Shown: in pieces, positions 11,901 through 22,634 of the stretch
How the letters are laid out: each line of letters starts with the position of its first letter
Position numbering within the stretch: position 1 is the first letter of the stretch
From: Bifidobacterium breve
Lineage (GTDB): Bacteria > Actinomycetota > Actinomycetes > Nanopelagicales > Nanopelagicaceae
DNA: 64,000 nt
Direction of reading: 5' to 3'
Assembly: GCA_945889195.1 (NCBI GenBank)
Contig: CAMDBB010000007.1
Coordinates: forward strand, 12,818 to 76,817
The notes under the pieces: generated by a model
Told to the model about the DNA's origin: nothing
Databases searched by the model: none
The model's input: the letters and a program-made list of their open reading frames with translations, nothing else
Program-made: the position numbers and the translations under genes

Positions 11901-13859
11901 ATGACATCAGATTCCATTGAGAACTTGTCGAGTGAGAATCGCACCTTTGCGCCGAGCGCTGACTTTGCAGCACTAGCCAATGGCAAAGCTGATCTTTATG
12001 CACAGGCGGATGCAGATCGCTTGAAATTTTGGGAAGAACAAGCTGGCGCACTCACCTGGCAAAAGAAGTGGGAGACGGTTCTAGATTGGCAGTCACCATT
12101 TGCGAAGTGGTTTGTTGGCGGAAAACTTAACGCCACTGTCTCAGCTCTTGATCGCCACATTGCCGATGGAAATGGCGAACGGATTGCCTTTCACTTTGAA
12201 GGTGAACCGGGTGACACTCGCACAATAACTTTTGCACAACTTTTACAAGATGTTTCACAAGCTGCCAATGCGCTGACTGAAATTGGAATTACTGCTGAAG
12301 ATAGAGTCGCGATTTACATGCCGCTTATTCCCGAAGCTGTTGTTGCGATGCTGGCATGTGCCCGCATTGGCGCAGTGCATTCAGTTGTCTTCGGTGGATT
12401 CTCTGCAGATGCGCTCTTGTCTCGTATCCAAGATGCTGATGCCAAGTTGGTCATCACTGCCGATGGTGGATTTAGAAAAGGGAGCGCTTTTGCGCTCAAA
12501 CCTGCTGTTGATGAAGCGTTGAAAGGTCTGACCAACGTAAAGAACGTTCTTGTTGTAAAACGCACAGGACAAGAGACAGCTTGGGTTGAAGGCCGCGATA
12601 TCTGGTGGCACGATCTAGTAGATCGACAGAGCACATCGCATACTCCTGAATCTTTCGATAGCGAGCACCCACTCTTTATCTTGTACACCTCTGGGACTAC
12701 TGCGAAACCAAAGGGAATCTTTCACACCTCTGGTGGTTATCTCACCCAAGTCGCATATACACATCGCGTTGTCTTCGATATCAAGCCAAAGACTGATATC
12801 TACTGGTGCACTGCCGATGTTGGTTGGATTACCGGCCACTCATACATGGTCTATGGCCCGCTGATTAATGGTGCTACTCAAGTTATTTATGAAGGCACTC
12901 CTGATACTCCCCATAAAGGACGGATGTTTGAAATCATCGAAAAGTACGGCGTCACTATTTTGTATACAGCTCCAACTTTGATCCGTACCTGGATGAAATG
13001 GGGAGATGAATTTCCAAACAATTGCAATCTCACATCACTTCGATTGCTGGGATCTGTCGGCGAACCAATTAACCCTGAAGCATGGATGTGGTACCGCGAA
13101 GTAATTGGTGGCAATAGATGTCCGATCGTCGACACCTGGTGGCAGACTGAAACAGGAGCAATCATGATTTCACCGCTGCCCGGTGTCACGGTAACTAAAC
13201 CTGGTTCAGCAATGCGACCACTACCTGGCATTAGCGCCAAAGTTGTTGATGATAAAGGTGTTGCAGTTGGTAATGGCCATGGTGGTTTTCTTATTCTCGA
13301 TCAACCTTGGCCATCTATGTTGCGCGGAGTATGGGGCGAAACTGAGCGCTATAAAGAGACTTACTGGTCGCGCTTTCCTGGCATCTACTTCGCAGGCGAT
13401 GGCGCAAAACTCGATGACGATGGCGCAATCTGGTTAATGGGACGCGTCGATGATGTGATGAATGTTTCTGGACATCGCATCTCAACAACAGAAGTCGAAT
13501 CTGCACTTGTCTCGCATGAAGCAGTGGCTGAAGCGGCGGTTGTAGGAGCGGCTGATGCGATTACCGGTCAAGGAATTGTCGCCTTCGTTATTTTGCGTGG
13601 AGGTATAGACCATGCCAATGGTGAAACCTTGGTGAAAGAGTTGCGTGATCACGTCGCAAAAGAGATTGGCGCTATCGCAAAACCACGTCAGATCATGGTC
13701 GTGAACGAGCTACCGAAGACGCGCAGCGGAAAGATTATGCGCCGCTTACTTAAAGATGTTGCTGAAAATCGCGCTGTCGGAGATGCCACCACACTGGCAG
13801 ATCCCAACGTCATGAAGTTAATTGCAGAAGGGCTACAGAGCGCTACGAGCGAAGATTAA
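11901..13859 (+). CDS. acs: acetyl-CoA synthetase
   Basis: AMP-forming acyl-CoA synthetase motifs (YTSGTTAKPKG, YEGTP, PKTRSGKIMRR). I prefer the ATG at 11901 (MTSDSIENL.., GAGGGG upstream) over the track GTG at 11820. Confidence 0.92.
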   Translation: MTSDSIENLSSENRTFAPSADFAALANGKADLYAQADADRLKFWEEQAGALTWQKKWETVLDWQSPFAKWFVGGKLNATVSALDRHIADGNGERIAFHFEGEPGDTRTITFAQLLQDVSQAANALTEIGITAEDRVAIYMPLIPEAVVAMLACARIGAVHSVVFGGFSADALLSRIQDADAKLVITADGGFRKGSAFALKPAVDEALKGLTNVKNVLVVKRTGQETAWVEGRDIWWHDLVDRQSTSHTPESFDSEHPLFILYTSGTTAKPKGIFHTSGGYLTQVAYTHRVVFDIKPKTDIYWCTADVGWITGHSYMVYGPLINGATQVIYEGTPDTPHKGRMFEIIEKYGVTILYTAPTLIRTWMKWGDEFPNNCNLTSLRLLGSVGEPINPEAWMWYREVIGGNRCPIVDTWWQTETGAIMISPLPGVTVTKPGSAMRPLPGISAKVVDDKGVAVGNGHGGFLILDQPWPSMLRGVWGETERYKETYWSRFPGIYFAGDGAKLDDDGAIWLMGRVDDVMNVSGHRISTTEVESALVSHEAVAEAAVVGAADAITGQGIVAFVILRGGIDHANGETLVKELRDHVAKEIGAIAKPRQIMVVNELPKTRSGKIMRRLLKDVAENRAVGDATTLADPNVMKLIAEGLQSATSED

Positions 13860-14316
13860 CTTCGAGCGCTTCTTCTACCTGCTTGCGAATCTCTGAAAAG
13901 AGCGCTGGCGCTCCTTTATTGAGTTTGGCATAGACCTTGCTCTCAGCAACTTGGCTTTTACCTGTCTGCCAAGGCGTATAAACCAGAATTGTTCCGATGA
14001 TGAAGAAGAGCAGTACATATTTGCTCACTTCAAGTGCTGCGCCAAAAAGTGAATCAGCTAAGCGAAGTGGTCCTCGCACAATTGTGAGGCGAAGGGATTT
14101 TGCCACAAGCGTTCCAACAAAAGCTCCCGCATATGCACCAGCGATAATTGCAACGATTAACCAGCCGCTCTGATTGCTTTCAACGACAAAATACATCGCA
14201 GCAATACCACCTGCAATAAAGAGCGCACCTCGCAGGATTGTTTTTATTAGACCGTTCTTGTAGCCGGTGACAAGCGCTCCGATAGCAAAGAGGGCAAAGA
14301 GCGCGTCAAAGATCAT
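13843..14316 (-). CDS. CvpA-family integral membrane protein (about 4 TM segments), no protease domain
   Basis: 157 aa, hydrophobic. It sits downstream of nth-tlpA, where mycobacteria have MarP (CvpA domain plus serine protease). The stop overlaps the acs 3' end by 17 nt. Confidence 0.6.
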   Translation of the reverse strand: MIFDALFALFAIGALVTGYKNGLIKTILRGALFIAGGIAAMYFVVESNQSGWLIVAIIAGAYAGAFVGTLVAKSLRLTIVRGPLRLADSLFGAALEVSKYVLLFFIIGTILVYTPWQTGKSQVAESKVYAKLNKGAPALFSEIRKQVEEALEVNLRS

Positions 14317-14837
14317 TACTTGCCCAGATACTTTGCAACTGCGAGCTGAACTTCTTTTGTTGAGTTAAATGGTCCGTACTTCTTATGCACCACTTTTCCA
14401 GTCTCATCGATAAACCAGGTCACCGGTACGCCCATCCCAAAGGTTGCACGAGTAGAACCGCTCTTGTCATAAAGCACTGGCCACGTCATTCCATGGCTTT
14501 CGATGAACTTTTTCACTACTGCCTGGCTCTTCTCTTCTACTGCAATTCCAATAACCTGCACGCTGCCGTCACTCTTTTGCAGGAAGTGCGCAAAATGCAG
14601 CAGCTCTCTCTTACAAGGCGCACACCACGTTCCCCACACGTTAACCAAGGCAGGGCCAACAATCGCATCAGCTGCAATTGGCGCACCTCCGCCAAGACAT
14701 TCAAGCGCCTCTGTTTTACCGCTCTTTACCTTGATCGTCTCGCAGCTCACTACTTCGCCTTTAATGGGAATCGGCTCAGTGAGTGAACATGAAGAGAGCA
14801 GTACAAGTAAGGCAGCGCCAATAAAGATTCGCTTCAT
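14316..14837 (-). CDS. TlpA/ResA-like thiol-disulfide oxidoreductase lipoprotein
   Basis: 173 aa with signal peptide and lipobox LLSSC, and the thioredoxin-fold motif WCAPCKRE. Confidence 0.8.
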   Translation of the reverse strand: MKRIFIGAALLVLLSSCSLTEPIPIKGEVVSCETIKVKSGKTEALECLGGGAPIAADAIVGPALVNVWGTWCAPCKRELLHFAHFLQKSDGSVQVIGIAVEEKSQAVVKKFIESHGMTWPVLYDKSGSTRATFGMGVPVTWFIDETGKVVHKKYGPFNSTKEVQLAVAKYLGK

Positions 14838-15532
14838 CGGAAGTCCGCATCAGTCTTCAGCAATAACTTTGCCTTTGCTTTATCCATCTCGCCAATTCCT
14901 ACCGATGGACAGATCTTTGCTAGCGGACATGCACCACATGCTGGTTTACGAGAATGGCAGATTCTTCTGCCATGCCAGATCATTCGCTGCGACAAGTTGG
15001 TCCACTCTTTCTCTGGGATAAGTAAACCAACTTCGTGTTCTACTTTTACTGGATCCATCGAAGAGCTCCACTCGAAGCGACGTGACAGACGTCCGAAATG
15101 GGTATCGACTGTGATTCCAGGTATTCCAAATGCATGGCCCAAAACCACATTCGCTGTCTTGCGACCAACTCCCGGTAGCGTCACCAACTCCTCAATTGTT
15201 GCTGGTACTTCGCCACCGAACTCTTCTACGATCTTGCGACCCAAGCCTTTGAGATGTCGCGCCTTTGCGTGATAAAAACCAGCAGAGTAAATGAACTGCT
15301 CAATTTCAGGTAGCGGAGCTTTCGCATAATCTTTTGCAGACTTATATTTCTTAAAGAGCGCTGGGGTTATTGCATTCACACGCTTATCGGTGCATTGCGC
15401 AGAGAGAACTACTGCCACGAGTAATTGCAAAGGGTTCTTAAAATCGAGTTCACAGCGAACTTCTGGGTAGGTTTTCGTCAGAATTCGGTAGATAGCCCGA
15501 GCGTTCTTTCGGGTTTCGCTATCTACGGCCAT
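14834..15532 (-). CDS. nth: endonuclease III
   Basis: 232 aa with HhH-GPD ([12 protein letters not shown]) and the 4Fe-4S Cys cluster C-x6-C-x2-C-x5-C at the C-terminus. ATGA overlap with the downstream tlpA-like gene. Confidence 0.93.
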   Translation of the reverse strand: MAVDSETRKNARAIYRILTKTYPEVRCELDFKNPLQLLVAVVLSAQCTDKRVNAITPALFKKYKSAKDYAKAPLPEIEQFIYSAGFYHAKARHLKGLGRKIVEEFGGEVPATIEELVTLPGVGRKTANVVLGHAFGIPGITVDTHFGRLSRRFEWSSSMDPVKVEHEVGLLIPEKEWTNLSQRMIWHGRRICHSRKPACGACPLAKICPSVGIGEMDKAKAKLLLKTDADFR

Positions 15533-15549
15533 GCGAGTAAACTACCCAC

Positions 15550-16233
15550 GTGCCACAAGAAGATGAAGTCGTAAGACGAGCCCCGCTCTTTACCGCCCTC
15601 GACGATGCTCAAGCAGCATCTCTTCGCGCCTCAATGGATTCAGTGAAGATTGCTAAGGGTGGAATCCTCTTTAAAGAGGGCGACGAGGGCGAGCATGTCT
15701 ACGTCATCGTCGATGGAAAGTTAAAGCTCGGTACCTCAAGTGGCGATGGGCGCGAAAACTTGCTCTCAATCCTTGGCCCCGGCGAAATGTTTGGCGAGCT
15801 ATCTCTCTTTGATCCAGGCCCACGCACATCAACTGCCACAGCAGTCACAGATGCCAAACTCTTATCGCTTAGCCACGAGAAATTGATTCCGTGGCTTAAG
15901 GGAAATCCAGAAGTTTCACTCCACCTACTTGCTCGTCTTGCGCAGCGCCTACGCCGTACCAACGAAGCGGTAGGAGATCTCGTCTTCTCTGATGTTCCAG
16001 GTCGCGTTGCAAAAGCGCTGATGGATCTCGGTGCGCGCTTTGGTAAGAAGACTGATGAAGGTCTCTATGTTCACCACGATCTGACTCAAGAAGAGCTTGC
16101 TCAACTCGTTGGCGCATCACGCGAAACTGTAAATAAAGCTCTCGCTGATTTTGCCGGTCGCGGCTGGCTCAAGCTTGATGGTCGCGCAGTGTTAATTACT
16201 GACCTCGTACGTCTTGAGAAGCGCGGGAAGTGA
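15550..16233 (+). CDS. crp: Crp/Fnr-family cAMP-responsive transcriptional regulator
   Basis: 227 aa, near-collinear with mycobacterial Crp as I recall it (GRENLL..GP.EMFGELS.FDPGPRTS, THDLTQEE.AQLVGASRETVNKALADFA.RGW). GTG start only 17 nt from the divergent nth start. Confidence 0.93.
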   Translation: MPQEDEVVRRAPLFTALDDAQAASLRASMDSVKIAKGGILFKEGDEGEHVYVIVDGKLKLGTSSGDGRENLLSILGPGEMFGELSLFDPGPRTSTATAVTDAKLLSLSHEKLIPWLKGNPEVSLHLLARLAQRLRRTNEAVGDLVFSDVPGRVAKALMDLGARFGKKTDEGLYVHHDLTQEELAQLVGASRETVNKALADFAGRGWLKLDGRAVLITDLVRLEKRGK

Positions 16234-16238
16234 CGGGA

Positions 16239-16261
16239 CACAACTTCTTCATCAAGTTGTG
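16239..16261. terminator. 8-bp hairpin (CACAACTT-N7-AAGTTGTG) between convergent crp and ridA-like genes
   Basis: The inverted repeat is visible in the sequence. No clear U-tract on either strand, so a terminator role is uncertain. Confidence 0.3.
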
Positions 16262-16305
16262 AGAGGTTCCTCGTTAAGTTTTGACTTCAGTTATTAGTGT
16301 GAGTC

Positions 16306-16767
16306 TTAAGCAACTTCTACAGTTAACTCAACCTCAACAGGTGCGTTAAGAGGAAGTTCTGCAACACCTAGCGCGCTACGGGCCGCAATCCCAGCATCGC
16401 CCCAGATATGCATAAAGAGCTCTGATGCTCCATTTGCAACTGCAGGTTGTGCGATAAATCCTGGTGCACCGTTTACATAACAAACCACGCGGACAACTTT
16501 TACAATCGAATCGATTGGCGCAACTAGCTCGACAGCTGCCAGCGCATTAAGTGCACAAATTTCAGCAAGTGCCTTTGCCTCTTCGACTGTCAGATCAGCT
16601 CCCACTTTGCCTTCTTTTACGATCTTGCCATCAACCATCGGCAATTGACCCGCAGTAAAGACAAGGTTTCCGGTGCGAGTTGCTGGAACGTAGGCTGCAA
16701 TTGGCTTGGAAGTAATTGGAAGAGTTAAGCCCTTTTCAGCGAGCTTGGCGCGGACGTCGACTGACAT
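16306..16767 (-). CDS. RidA/YjgF-family protein
   Basis: 153 aa. The YjgF-like pattern fits (TAGQLP.., GAPGF.., ARSALGVAELPLNAPVEVE). Confidence 0.85.
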   Translation of the reverse strand: MSVDVRAKLAEKGLTLPITSKPIAAYVPATRTGNLVFTAGQLPMVDGKIVKEGKVGADLTVEEAKALAEICALNALAAVELVAPIDSIVKVVRVVCYVNGAPGFIAQPAVANGASELFMHIWGDAGIAARSALGVAELPLNAPVEVELTVEVA

Positions 16768-16919
16768 TACTTAATCTCACGCTTCATATATGCAACCAAC
16801 TGTTCTCCACCAGGTGCTGGAATAACTGTGACGAGGTCCCAACCATCAGAGCCCCAAGTGTCGAGTATCTGCTTTGTGGCATGTGAAAGAAGTGGGACCG
16901 TTGCATATTCAAACTTCAT
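16767..16919 (-). CDS. DUF4177-like small protein (50 aa)
   Basis: Not in the track (<60 aa). My translation is MKFEYATVPLLSHATKQILDTWGSDGWDLVTVIPAPGGEQLVAYMKREIK. GGAGGAAATAATG provides a strong SD. TAATG overlap with the ridA-like start. It matches my memory of DUF4177 proteins next to RidA in actinobacteria. Confidence 0.7.
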   Translation of the reverse strand: MKFEYATVPLLSHATKQILDTWGSDGWDLVTVIPAPGGEQLVAYMKREIK

Positions 16920-16940
16920 TATTTCCTCCGGGCTTATCGA

Positions 16941-17393
16941 TTAGTTGGCTAACGCTGCTTTAACGAGTGATGAAACAAGTGCTCCATCTGCTTTTCCTGC
17001 AATCTGTGGCTTGATAGCGCCCATGACTTTGCCCATGTCGCCAGGTCCTGCAGCGCCTGTTGATGCAACAGCGGCAGCAATCATCTTCTTAATGTCATCT
17101 TCAGAAAGTTGTGCAGGAAGATACTTGGCAATTACTTCGCCCTCTGCCTTTTCTTCTGCTGCCTTGTCGGGGCGATTAGCCTTGGCAAATTCTTCAGCTG
17201 CTTCGCGGCGCTTCTTGGCTTCGCGTGAGAGCACGGTGATGATCTCGTCATCAGATAGAACACGCGCCTCTTTACCTGAAACTTCTTCATTGGTAATCGC
17301 AGTCAAAACCATGCGAATGGTGCCTGAAACCACTTTGTCACTGGAGCGAATCGCTTCAGTCAGGTCACTTTTGAGTGTCTCTTTTAAACCCAC
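16941..17393 (-). CDS. GatB/YqeY-domain protein
   Basis: The C-terminal 150 aa of the 214-aa track ORF fit YqeY (LKETLKSDLTEAIRS..). I place the start at the in-frame GTG at 17393, which has GGAG 9 nt upstream. The upstream extension looks non-coding. Confidence 0.8.
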   Translation of the reverse strand: MGLKETLKSDLTEAIRSSDKVVSGTIRMVLTAITNEEVSGKEARVLSDDEIITVLSREAKKRREAAEEFAKANRPDKAAEEKAEGEVIAKYLPAQLSEDDIKKMIAAAVASTGAAGPGDMGKVMGAIKPQIAGKADGALVSSLVKAALAN

Positions 17394-17469
17394 AGGTATT
17401 GCTCCAATTCTTTGAATTGTTCGGGTGTATCTTCTCATACCTATGACATACGTTCTCCGCGAGGCAGAG

Positions 17470-18258
17470 ATGCCCATCTTGCCGGCAGGCCATGACGATA
17501 TTCGCATCCTGCATTTTTCAGACCTGCATCTGACCCCCGCGCGCAAGAAAGAGATCGCCGACATCAAATCATTTATCTCTCTCAAGCCTGATTTAGTTAT
17601 CAGTACAGGAGATTTCTTAGCCCATAAGAACGCAATCCCCGTTGTCCTCGATGCCCTCGATGATTTATTGGATATTCCAGGTCTCTATGTCTTTGGTTCA
17701 AATGATTACTACGAACCAGTTCCAAAGAACCCTTTGAAGTATCTATTACCCAATCACGGCAAACGAGTTCATGGCCCAGAACTGCCATGGCAAGATCTTG
17801 ATAAAGGTTTGCAAGCACGTGGATGGAAGAACATCAATACGTCACGAACAACTCTGACAATCAATAAGACTGTTATTGAAGCGCGCGGAACAGATGATGC
17901 ACACCTTGAATTCGATGATTACTCACTCGTTGCAGGAGAAGCAGGCAAGTGCCACACTGCAATTGGCGTTACTCATGCGCCATACCTTCGAATCCTTGAT
18001 GGTATGAAGAAAGATAACCTCGACGCCATCTTTGCGGGCCACACACATGGTGGACAAGTTCGCCTGCCTTGGCCTGGTGGTTCTAAAGCGCTCACGACAA
18101 ATTGCGATCTCCCTAATTGGAGAGCGCGTGGATTAACTGTTGTGAAAGGCGAACCGTTGCTCAATGTCTCAGCCGGTATGGGAACAGGCCCATTCTCAAG
18201 AATTAGAGTTGCTAGTCCGCCAGAAGTTTCACTGATAACGCTTACTGCAGCTTTTTAA
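17470..18258 (+). CDS. metallophosphoesterase
   Basis: Motifs ILHFSDLHL, GDF, GSNDY and GHTHGGQ. The start is uncertain: ATG 17470 has a GAGG SD, while ATG 17443 and the track GTG at 17425 are alternatives. Confidence 0.8.
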   Translation: MPILPAGHDDIRILHFSDLHLTPARKKEIADIKSFISLKPDLVISTGDFLAHKNAIPVVLDALDDLLDIPGLYVFGSNDYYEPVPKNPLKYLLPNHGKRVHGPELPWQDLDKGLQARGWKNINTSRTTLTINKTVIEARGTDDAHLEFDDYSLVAGEAGKCHTAIGVTHAPYLRILDGMKKDNLDAIFAGHTHGGQVRLPWPGGSKALTTNCDLPNWRARGLTVVKGEPLLNVSAGMGTGPFSRIRVASPPEVSLITLTAAF

Positions 18259-18259
18259 C

Positions 18260-19243
18260 TTACTTCTTCAACGCCTCAATATCGGCATCAACCATAAGTT
18301 CAGCAAGCTCTTTCCAATGCGTCTTTGCCTTCCAACCTAAAGCTTTCTCAGCCTTTGATGGATCACCGATGAGTGCATCAACTTCTGTTGGACGGATGTA
18401 CTTCTTATCTGTCTCAATATGGTCTTGCCAGTTGAGTCCAGCGCGCGTAAACGCTGCTTCTGCAAAGTCTTTAACTGTGGCACCAACACCTGTGGCCACT
18501 ACGTAATCAGATGGCTTATCTTGCTGGAGCATGAGCCACATTGATTCAACATATTCTTTGGCATAGCCCCAGTCGCGAACAGCATCAAGGTTTCCAAGGA
18601 AGAGCTTGTCTTGCTTGCCAGCTTTAATGGCAGCAACTGCGCGAGTAATTTTGCGAGTAACGAATGTTTCCCCACGACGAGGTGATTCGTGGTTAAACAA
18701 AATTCCATTGGTTGCATGCAGTCCATAACCATCGCGGTAATTGACTGTGCACCAGTAGGCCATCAACTTTGCTGCTGCATATGGTGACTGAGGGCGGAAA
18801 ACTGAAGTCTCGTTCTGTGGTGGTGGAGTTGAACCATAGAGCTCAGAAGTTGATGCCTGGTAGAAACGAATATCAAGATCTGCTGAGCGAATCGCTTCGA
18901 GCAAGCCAACTGCACCCACAGCATCAACCTGACCTGTGTACTGCGGCATGGTGAAAGAGACCTGAACGTGTGACTGCGCACCGAGGTTGTAGACCTCAGT
19001 TGGCTTAATTTCGCGGATGAGGTTGGTAAGACCTACGCCATCAATGAGATCGCCGTAGTGCAAGAAGAGCTTTGGGTTCTTATCGTGTGGATCCTGGTAA
19101 ATATGGTCGATACGAGAAGTATTAAAGGTGGAAGAGCGACGAATCAAGCCATGTACTTCATAACCTTTGGCGAGCAAGAACTCTGCAAGGTATGAACCAT
19201 CTTGGCCTGTGACACCGGTAATCAGTGCGACTTTTCTACTCAT
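18260..19243 (-). CDS. gmd: GDP-mannose 4,6-dehydratase
   Basis: 327 aa with [26 protein letters not shown] and extended-SDR catalytic YAAAK. Confidence 0.93.
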   Translation of the reverse strand: MSRKVALITGVTGQDGSYLAEFLLAKGYEVHGLIRRSSTFNTSRIDHIYQDPHDKNPKLFLHYGDLIDGVGLTNLIREIKPTEVYNLGAQSHVQVSFTMPQYTGQVDAVGAVGLLEAIRSADLDIRFYQASTSELYGSTPPPQNETSVFRPQSPYAAAKLMAYWCTVNYRDGYGLHATNGILFNHESPRRGETFVTRKITRAVAAIKAGKQDKLFLGNLDAVRDWGYAKEYVESMWLMLQQDKPSDYVVATGVGATVKDFAEAAFTRAGLNWQDHIETDKKYIRPTEVDALIGDPSKAEKALGWKAKTHWKELAELMVDADIEALKK

Positions 19244-20172
19244 CGTCTCGCTACTCCCTTTGCAGATGCATCTCTATACCAAGCGATGGTTGATGCAATT
19301 CCATCGCGAAGAGAAATCTTTGGTGCCCAACCTAGCGATTTAGCCTTCGTAACATCAAGAACCTTACGCGGGGTTCCATCGGGTTTTGTTGAATCCCAAG
19401 CAATTTCGCCCTCATATCCGGCTAATTCAGCAACAAGTTCTGCCAGCGCCTTGATTGTGAGATCTTCACCGGTTCCGATATTCAAATGAAGCGGTGAGTC
19501 ATAGGTCGAACCAAGATGAACCACGGCTGCAGCTAAATCATCAACATGGAGGAATTCGCGCCTCGGTGATCCTGTCCCCCACAACGTTTCAGTAGCAACA
19601 TTATTTTGAGCAGCTTCAACAAAGCGACGAATAAATGCGGGCAAGACATGTGAGCCTTGTAGTTCGAAATTATCGTTAGGCCCGTAAAGATTGGTCGGCA
19701 TCAATGAAATCCAAGTACGTCCATACTCTTTGCGGAAAGATTTAATTAGTTCGATACCTGCAATCTTGGCAATGGCATACGCAGAGTTTGTTTCTTCAAG
19801 CGGACCAGTCAGTAAATACTCTTCTTTGATTGGCTGTGCGCAATCACGTGGATAGATACAGCTAGAACCTAAGAAGATGAACTTTTCAACATCGGCTGCG
19901 TGCGCGGCCTCCATGAGATTGCTCTGGATACGCACATTGTCGGAGAGAAATTCGACTGGAAAAGCGTTATTTGCTCCGATGCCGCCTACCTTTGCTGCAG
20001 CATCAACAACGAGCGAAGGCTTGGTCTTCTTAAGGAAAGCAGTAGTTGCATCACGATCAAGGAGATCAACAACAGACCTGTTGACTGCGATGACCTCAGC
20101 GCCCGTGGCTTGATAGGCGCGCACGATGGCAGAGCCCGCGAGGCCAGTACCGCCCGCGACCACGATTGTCAT
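19240..20172 (-). CDS. fcl: GDP-L-fucose synthase
   Basis: 310 aa, extended SDR ([14 protein letters not shown]). 4-nt overlap with gmd. Confidence 0.9.
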   Translation of the reverse strand: MTIVVAGGTGLAGSAIVRAYQATGAEVIAVNRSVVDLLDRDATTAFLKKTKPSLVVDAAAKVGGIGANNAFPVEFLSDNVRIQSNLMEAAHAADVEKFIFLGSSCIYPRDCAQPIKEEYLLTGPLEETNSAYAIAKIAGIELIKSFRKEYGRTWISLMPTNLYGPNDNFELQGSHVLPAFIRRFVEAAQNNVATETLWGTGSPRREFLHVDDLAAAVVHLGSTYDSPLHLNIGTGEDLTIKALAELVAELAGYEGEIAWDSTKPDGTPRKVLDVTKAKSLGWAPKISLRDGIASTIAWYRDASAKGVARR

Positions 20173-20181
20173 GGTTGCAGT

Positions 20182-21276
20182 CTAGTTGGTGAATTCAGCT
20201 GCAACGAGTTCTGCGATTTGTGCAGTATTTAAGGCCGCACCTTTACGCAAATTATCGCCGCAGACAAAGAGGTCAATCGCCTTTGGATTATCCAAAGATT
20301 GACGCACTCGACCAACCCAAGTTGGGTCTGTTCCCACAACATCAGCAGGTGTTGGAAATTCCTTCTTCTCAGGGTTGTCATAGAGAAGAACGCCTTCCGC
20401 CTTCTTCAACGCGCTCTGTGCTGCTTTTCGTGTAACAACCTTTGAGAATGTTGCATGGACAGTAAGTGAGTGAGTTGTAATCACTGGAACGCGAACACAT
20501 GTTGCTGAAACTTTAAGTTTTGGCATACCAAGGATCTTGCGTGATTCATTACGAACCTTAAGTTCTTCAGATGAGTAACCAGCTTCTTTAAGTGAACCCG
20601 CCCATGGGACAACATTCATGGCAAGAGGCGCTGGGAATGGACCGAGATCTGTAATGACTCCACGAACATCCTTAGCCACTGAACCAAGGTTTTTGCCTGC
20701 CACCTTTGAAATCTGATCATGAAGAGCATCGATGCCAGGTTGTCCGGCACCTGATGCAGCTTGGTAAGAAGAGACAACGAGCTCTTTCAAACCGAACTTC
20801 TTATCGAGCGCGCCCATGGCAACAATCATGGAGAGCGTTGTGCAATTTGGGTTTGAGATAATTCCCTTGGGACGCTTCTTAATATCCTTTGGATTAACTT
20901 CTGGAACAACGAGTGGAACTTTCTTATCCATGCGGAATGCACCGGAGTTATCAACAACGACTGCCCCGCGCTTTGCAGCGATTGGTGCCCACTCAGCTGA
21001 AATCTCATCTGGAACATCGAACATTGCGATATCGATACCGTCGAAGGCTTCCGGCGATAGCGCGACTACGGTGAGTTCTTCACCGCGGCACATCAACTTC
21101 TTGCCAGCACTTCGTGCAGATGCAATCAAGCGGATTTCTCCGTAAACATTCTTACGTGTGCTCAGGATGTCGAGCATCACTGTTCCAACAGCGCCAGTTG
21201 CGCCCACTACTGCAAGGGAGGGAAGTTTCTTGGCGGCTTTAACTTTCTTTACGCCTTTGGCTTTCTTCTGTGTCAT
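20182..21276 (-). CDS. asd: aspartate-semialdehyde dehydrogenase
   Basis: 364 aa with VVGATGAVG and NCTT (active-site Cys). Lys-rich 18-aa N-terminal extension. The ATG overlaps the ask stop (ATGA), which supports this start. Confidence 0.93.
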   Translation of the reverse strand: MTQKKAKGVKKVKAAKKLPSLAVVGATGAVGTVMLDILSTRKNVYGEIRLIASARSAGKKLMCRGEELTVVALSPEAFDGIDIAMFDVPDEISAEWAPIAAKRGAVVVDNSGAFRMDKKVPLVVPEVNPKDIKKRPKGIISNPNCTTLSMIVAMGALDKKFGLKELVVSSYQAASGAGQPGIDALHDQISKVAGKNLGSVAKDVRGVITDLGPFPAPLAMNVVPWAGSLKEAGYSSEELKVRNESRKILGMPKLKVSATCVRVPVITTHSLTVHATFSKVVTRKAAQSALKKAEGVLLYDNPEKKEFPTPADVVGTDPTWVGRVRQSLDNPKAIDLFVCGDNLRKGAALNTAQIAELVAAEFTN

Positions 21277-21794
21277 CGTCCTGAACCTCCATAAACAACT
21301 GCTTCGATTTGATCTGCATCAAGGCCAAAGGCGGTGTGGGCAGCCTTCGCTGCACGTTCAACATCAGCCTCGCGAACGATGACAGAGATGCGGATTTCAG
21401 AGGTTGAAATCATTTCAATATTGACGCCTGCATCAGCCATAGCTGCAAAGAATGTTGCAGTCACGCCTGGGTGTGAACGCATTCCTGCGCCAATAAGTGA
21501 AAGCTTTCCGATGGTGTCATCGTAGAGAATCGATGCAAACCCAACTTCGCCTTGAATGCGCTGCAGTACTTGGGTCGCCTTCTGGCCTTCTGCCTTTGGA
21601 AGAGTAAATGAAATATCGGTAAGGCCAGTAGCTGCGGCAGATACGTTCTGCACAATCATGTCGATATTGATGTCGTTATCTGCAATCGCCTGGAAGATGC
21701 GCGCTGCAATACCCGTGCGGTCTGGGACACCAACGATGGTGATCTTTGCCTCTGACTTGTCGTGTGCCACGCCAGAGATGATTGCTTGCTCCAT
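21273..21794 (-). CDS. lysC: aspartate kinase beta subunit from an in-frame internal start (173 aa)
   Basis: Inside the CDS the minus strand reads CCTGAAGGAGGCACCATGGAGCAAGC. This is a canonical SD 4 nt before an in-frame ATG, just ahead of the ACT domains ([22 protein letters not shown]..). It is the same position as the LysC-beta start in Corynebacterium, as I recall it. Confidence 0.6.
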   Translation of the reverse strand: MEQAIISGVAHDKSEAKITIVGVPDRTGIAARIFQAIADNDINIDMIVQNVSAAATGLTDISFTLPKAEGQKATQVLQRIQGEVGFASILYDDTIGKLSLIGAGMRSHPGVTATFFAAMADAGVNIEMISTSEIRISVIVREADVERAAKAAHTAFGLDADQIEAVVYGGSGR

Positions 21795-22544
21795 GGTGCC
21801 TCCTTCAGGATGGTTTTCAACCACCCAGGTTCCTTCGTTAGGTGAAAAAGATGAACGGACGTGAATTGGTAGATTGAATCGGCGTGCGTATTCAACGCAA
21901 CGCAAGTGAAGAACTTTCGCACCCGCAGCTGCGAGTTCAAGCATCTCTTCATAAGTTACTGTCTTTAATTTGCGTGCAGCTGGGACAACGCGAGGATCAG
22001 CGCTAAAGACACCATCAACATCTGTGTAGATTTCACAGACATCGGCTTCAAGAGCTGCAGCGAGCGCCACCGCAGTTGTGTCAGATCCACCGCGACCTAA
22101 AGTTGTAATGTCTTTTGTATCTTGCGAAATTCCTTGGAAGCCGGCAACGATTGCAATCGCGCCAGAATCAATCGCTTCACGGATGCGACCAGGTGTCACA
22201 TCGATAATGCGCGCCTTGCCATGAACTGAATCTGTAATCACGCCAGCTTGAGATCCAGTAAAGGAGAGAGCCTCAAAACCAAGATTGTTGATGGCCATTG
22301 CAAGCAGCGCCATAGAAATTCGCTCACCGGCTGTTAGCAACATATCGAGTTCGCGACCCTGCGGAATCGGGGTCACAGCATTTGCTAGATCAATCAATTC
22401 ATCGGTGGTATCGCCCATTGCGCTCACAACGACGACGACCTGATGGCCAGCCTTCTTGGTGGCAACGATGCGGGCGGCAACGCGCTTCATGCCCTCGGCA
22501 TCAGCGACGGAGGAGCCACCAAACTTCTGAACGATAAGACCCAT
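21273..22544 (-). CDS. lysC: aspartate kinase (alpha subunit)
   Basis: [14 protein letters not shown]-terminus and two C-terminal ACT domains. I trim the track ORF (to 22625) back to the ATG at 22544. Confidence 0.93.
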   Translation of the reverse strand: MGLIVQKFGGSSVADAEGMKRVAARIVATKKAGHQVVVVVSAMGDTTDELIDLANAVTPIPQGRELDMLLTAGERISMALLAMAINNLGFEALSFTGSQAGVITDSVHGKARIIDVTPGRIREAIDSGAIAIVAGFQGISQDTKDITTLGRGGSDTTAVALAAALEADVCEIYTDVDGVFSADPRVVPAARKLKTVTYEEMLELAAAGAKVLHLRCVEYARRFNLPIHVRSSFSPNEGTWVVENHPEGGTMEQAIISGVAHDKSEAKITIVGVPDRTGIAARIFQAIADNDINIDMIVQNVSAAATGLTDISFTLPKAEGQKATQVLQRIQGEVGFASILYDDTIGKLSLIGAGMRSHPGVTATFFAAMADAGVNIEMISTSEIRISVIVREADVERAAKAAHTAFGLDADQIEAVVYGGSGR

Positions 22545-22634
22545 GGCGTAAGTGTGAAGGAGGGGAAAAGATGGCGCTACCCAATAATGGGAAATTCTTA
22601 ATATGTGAGACGGAGCCCCGTCCATATAGCGAGA

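Noticed and set aside
22545-22625. N-terminal extensions proposed by the track for ask (to 22625), yqeY (to 17585), the aminotransferase (from 40906), araB (to 56616), the SBP (from 60526) and acs (from 11820).
   Set aside because: The family-typical N-termini begin at downstream in-frame starts. The extensions overlap neighbouring genes, promoters or the tRNA-like element and have atypical composition. Exact starts remain uncertain without alignments.
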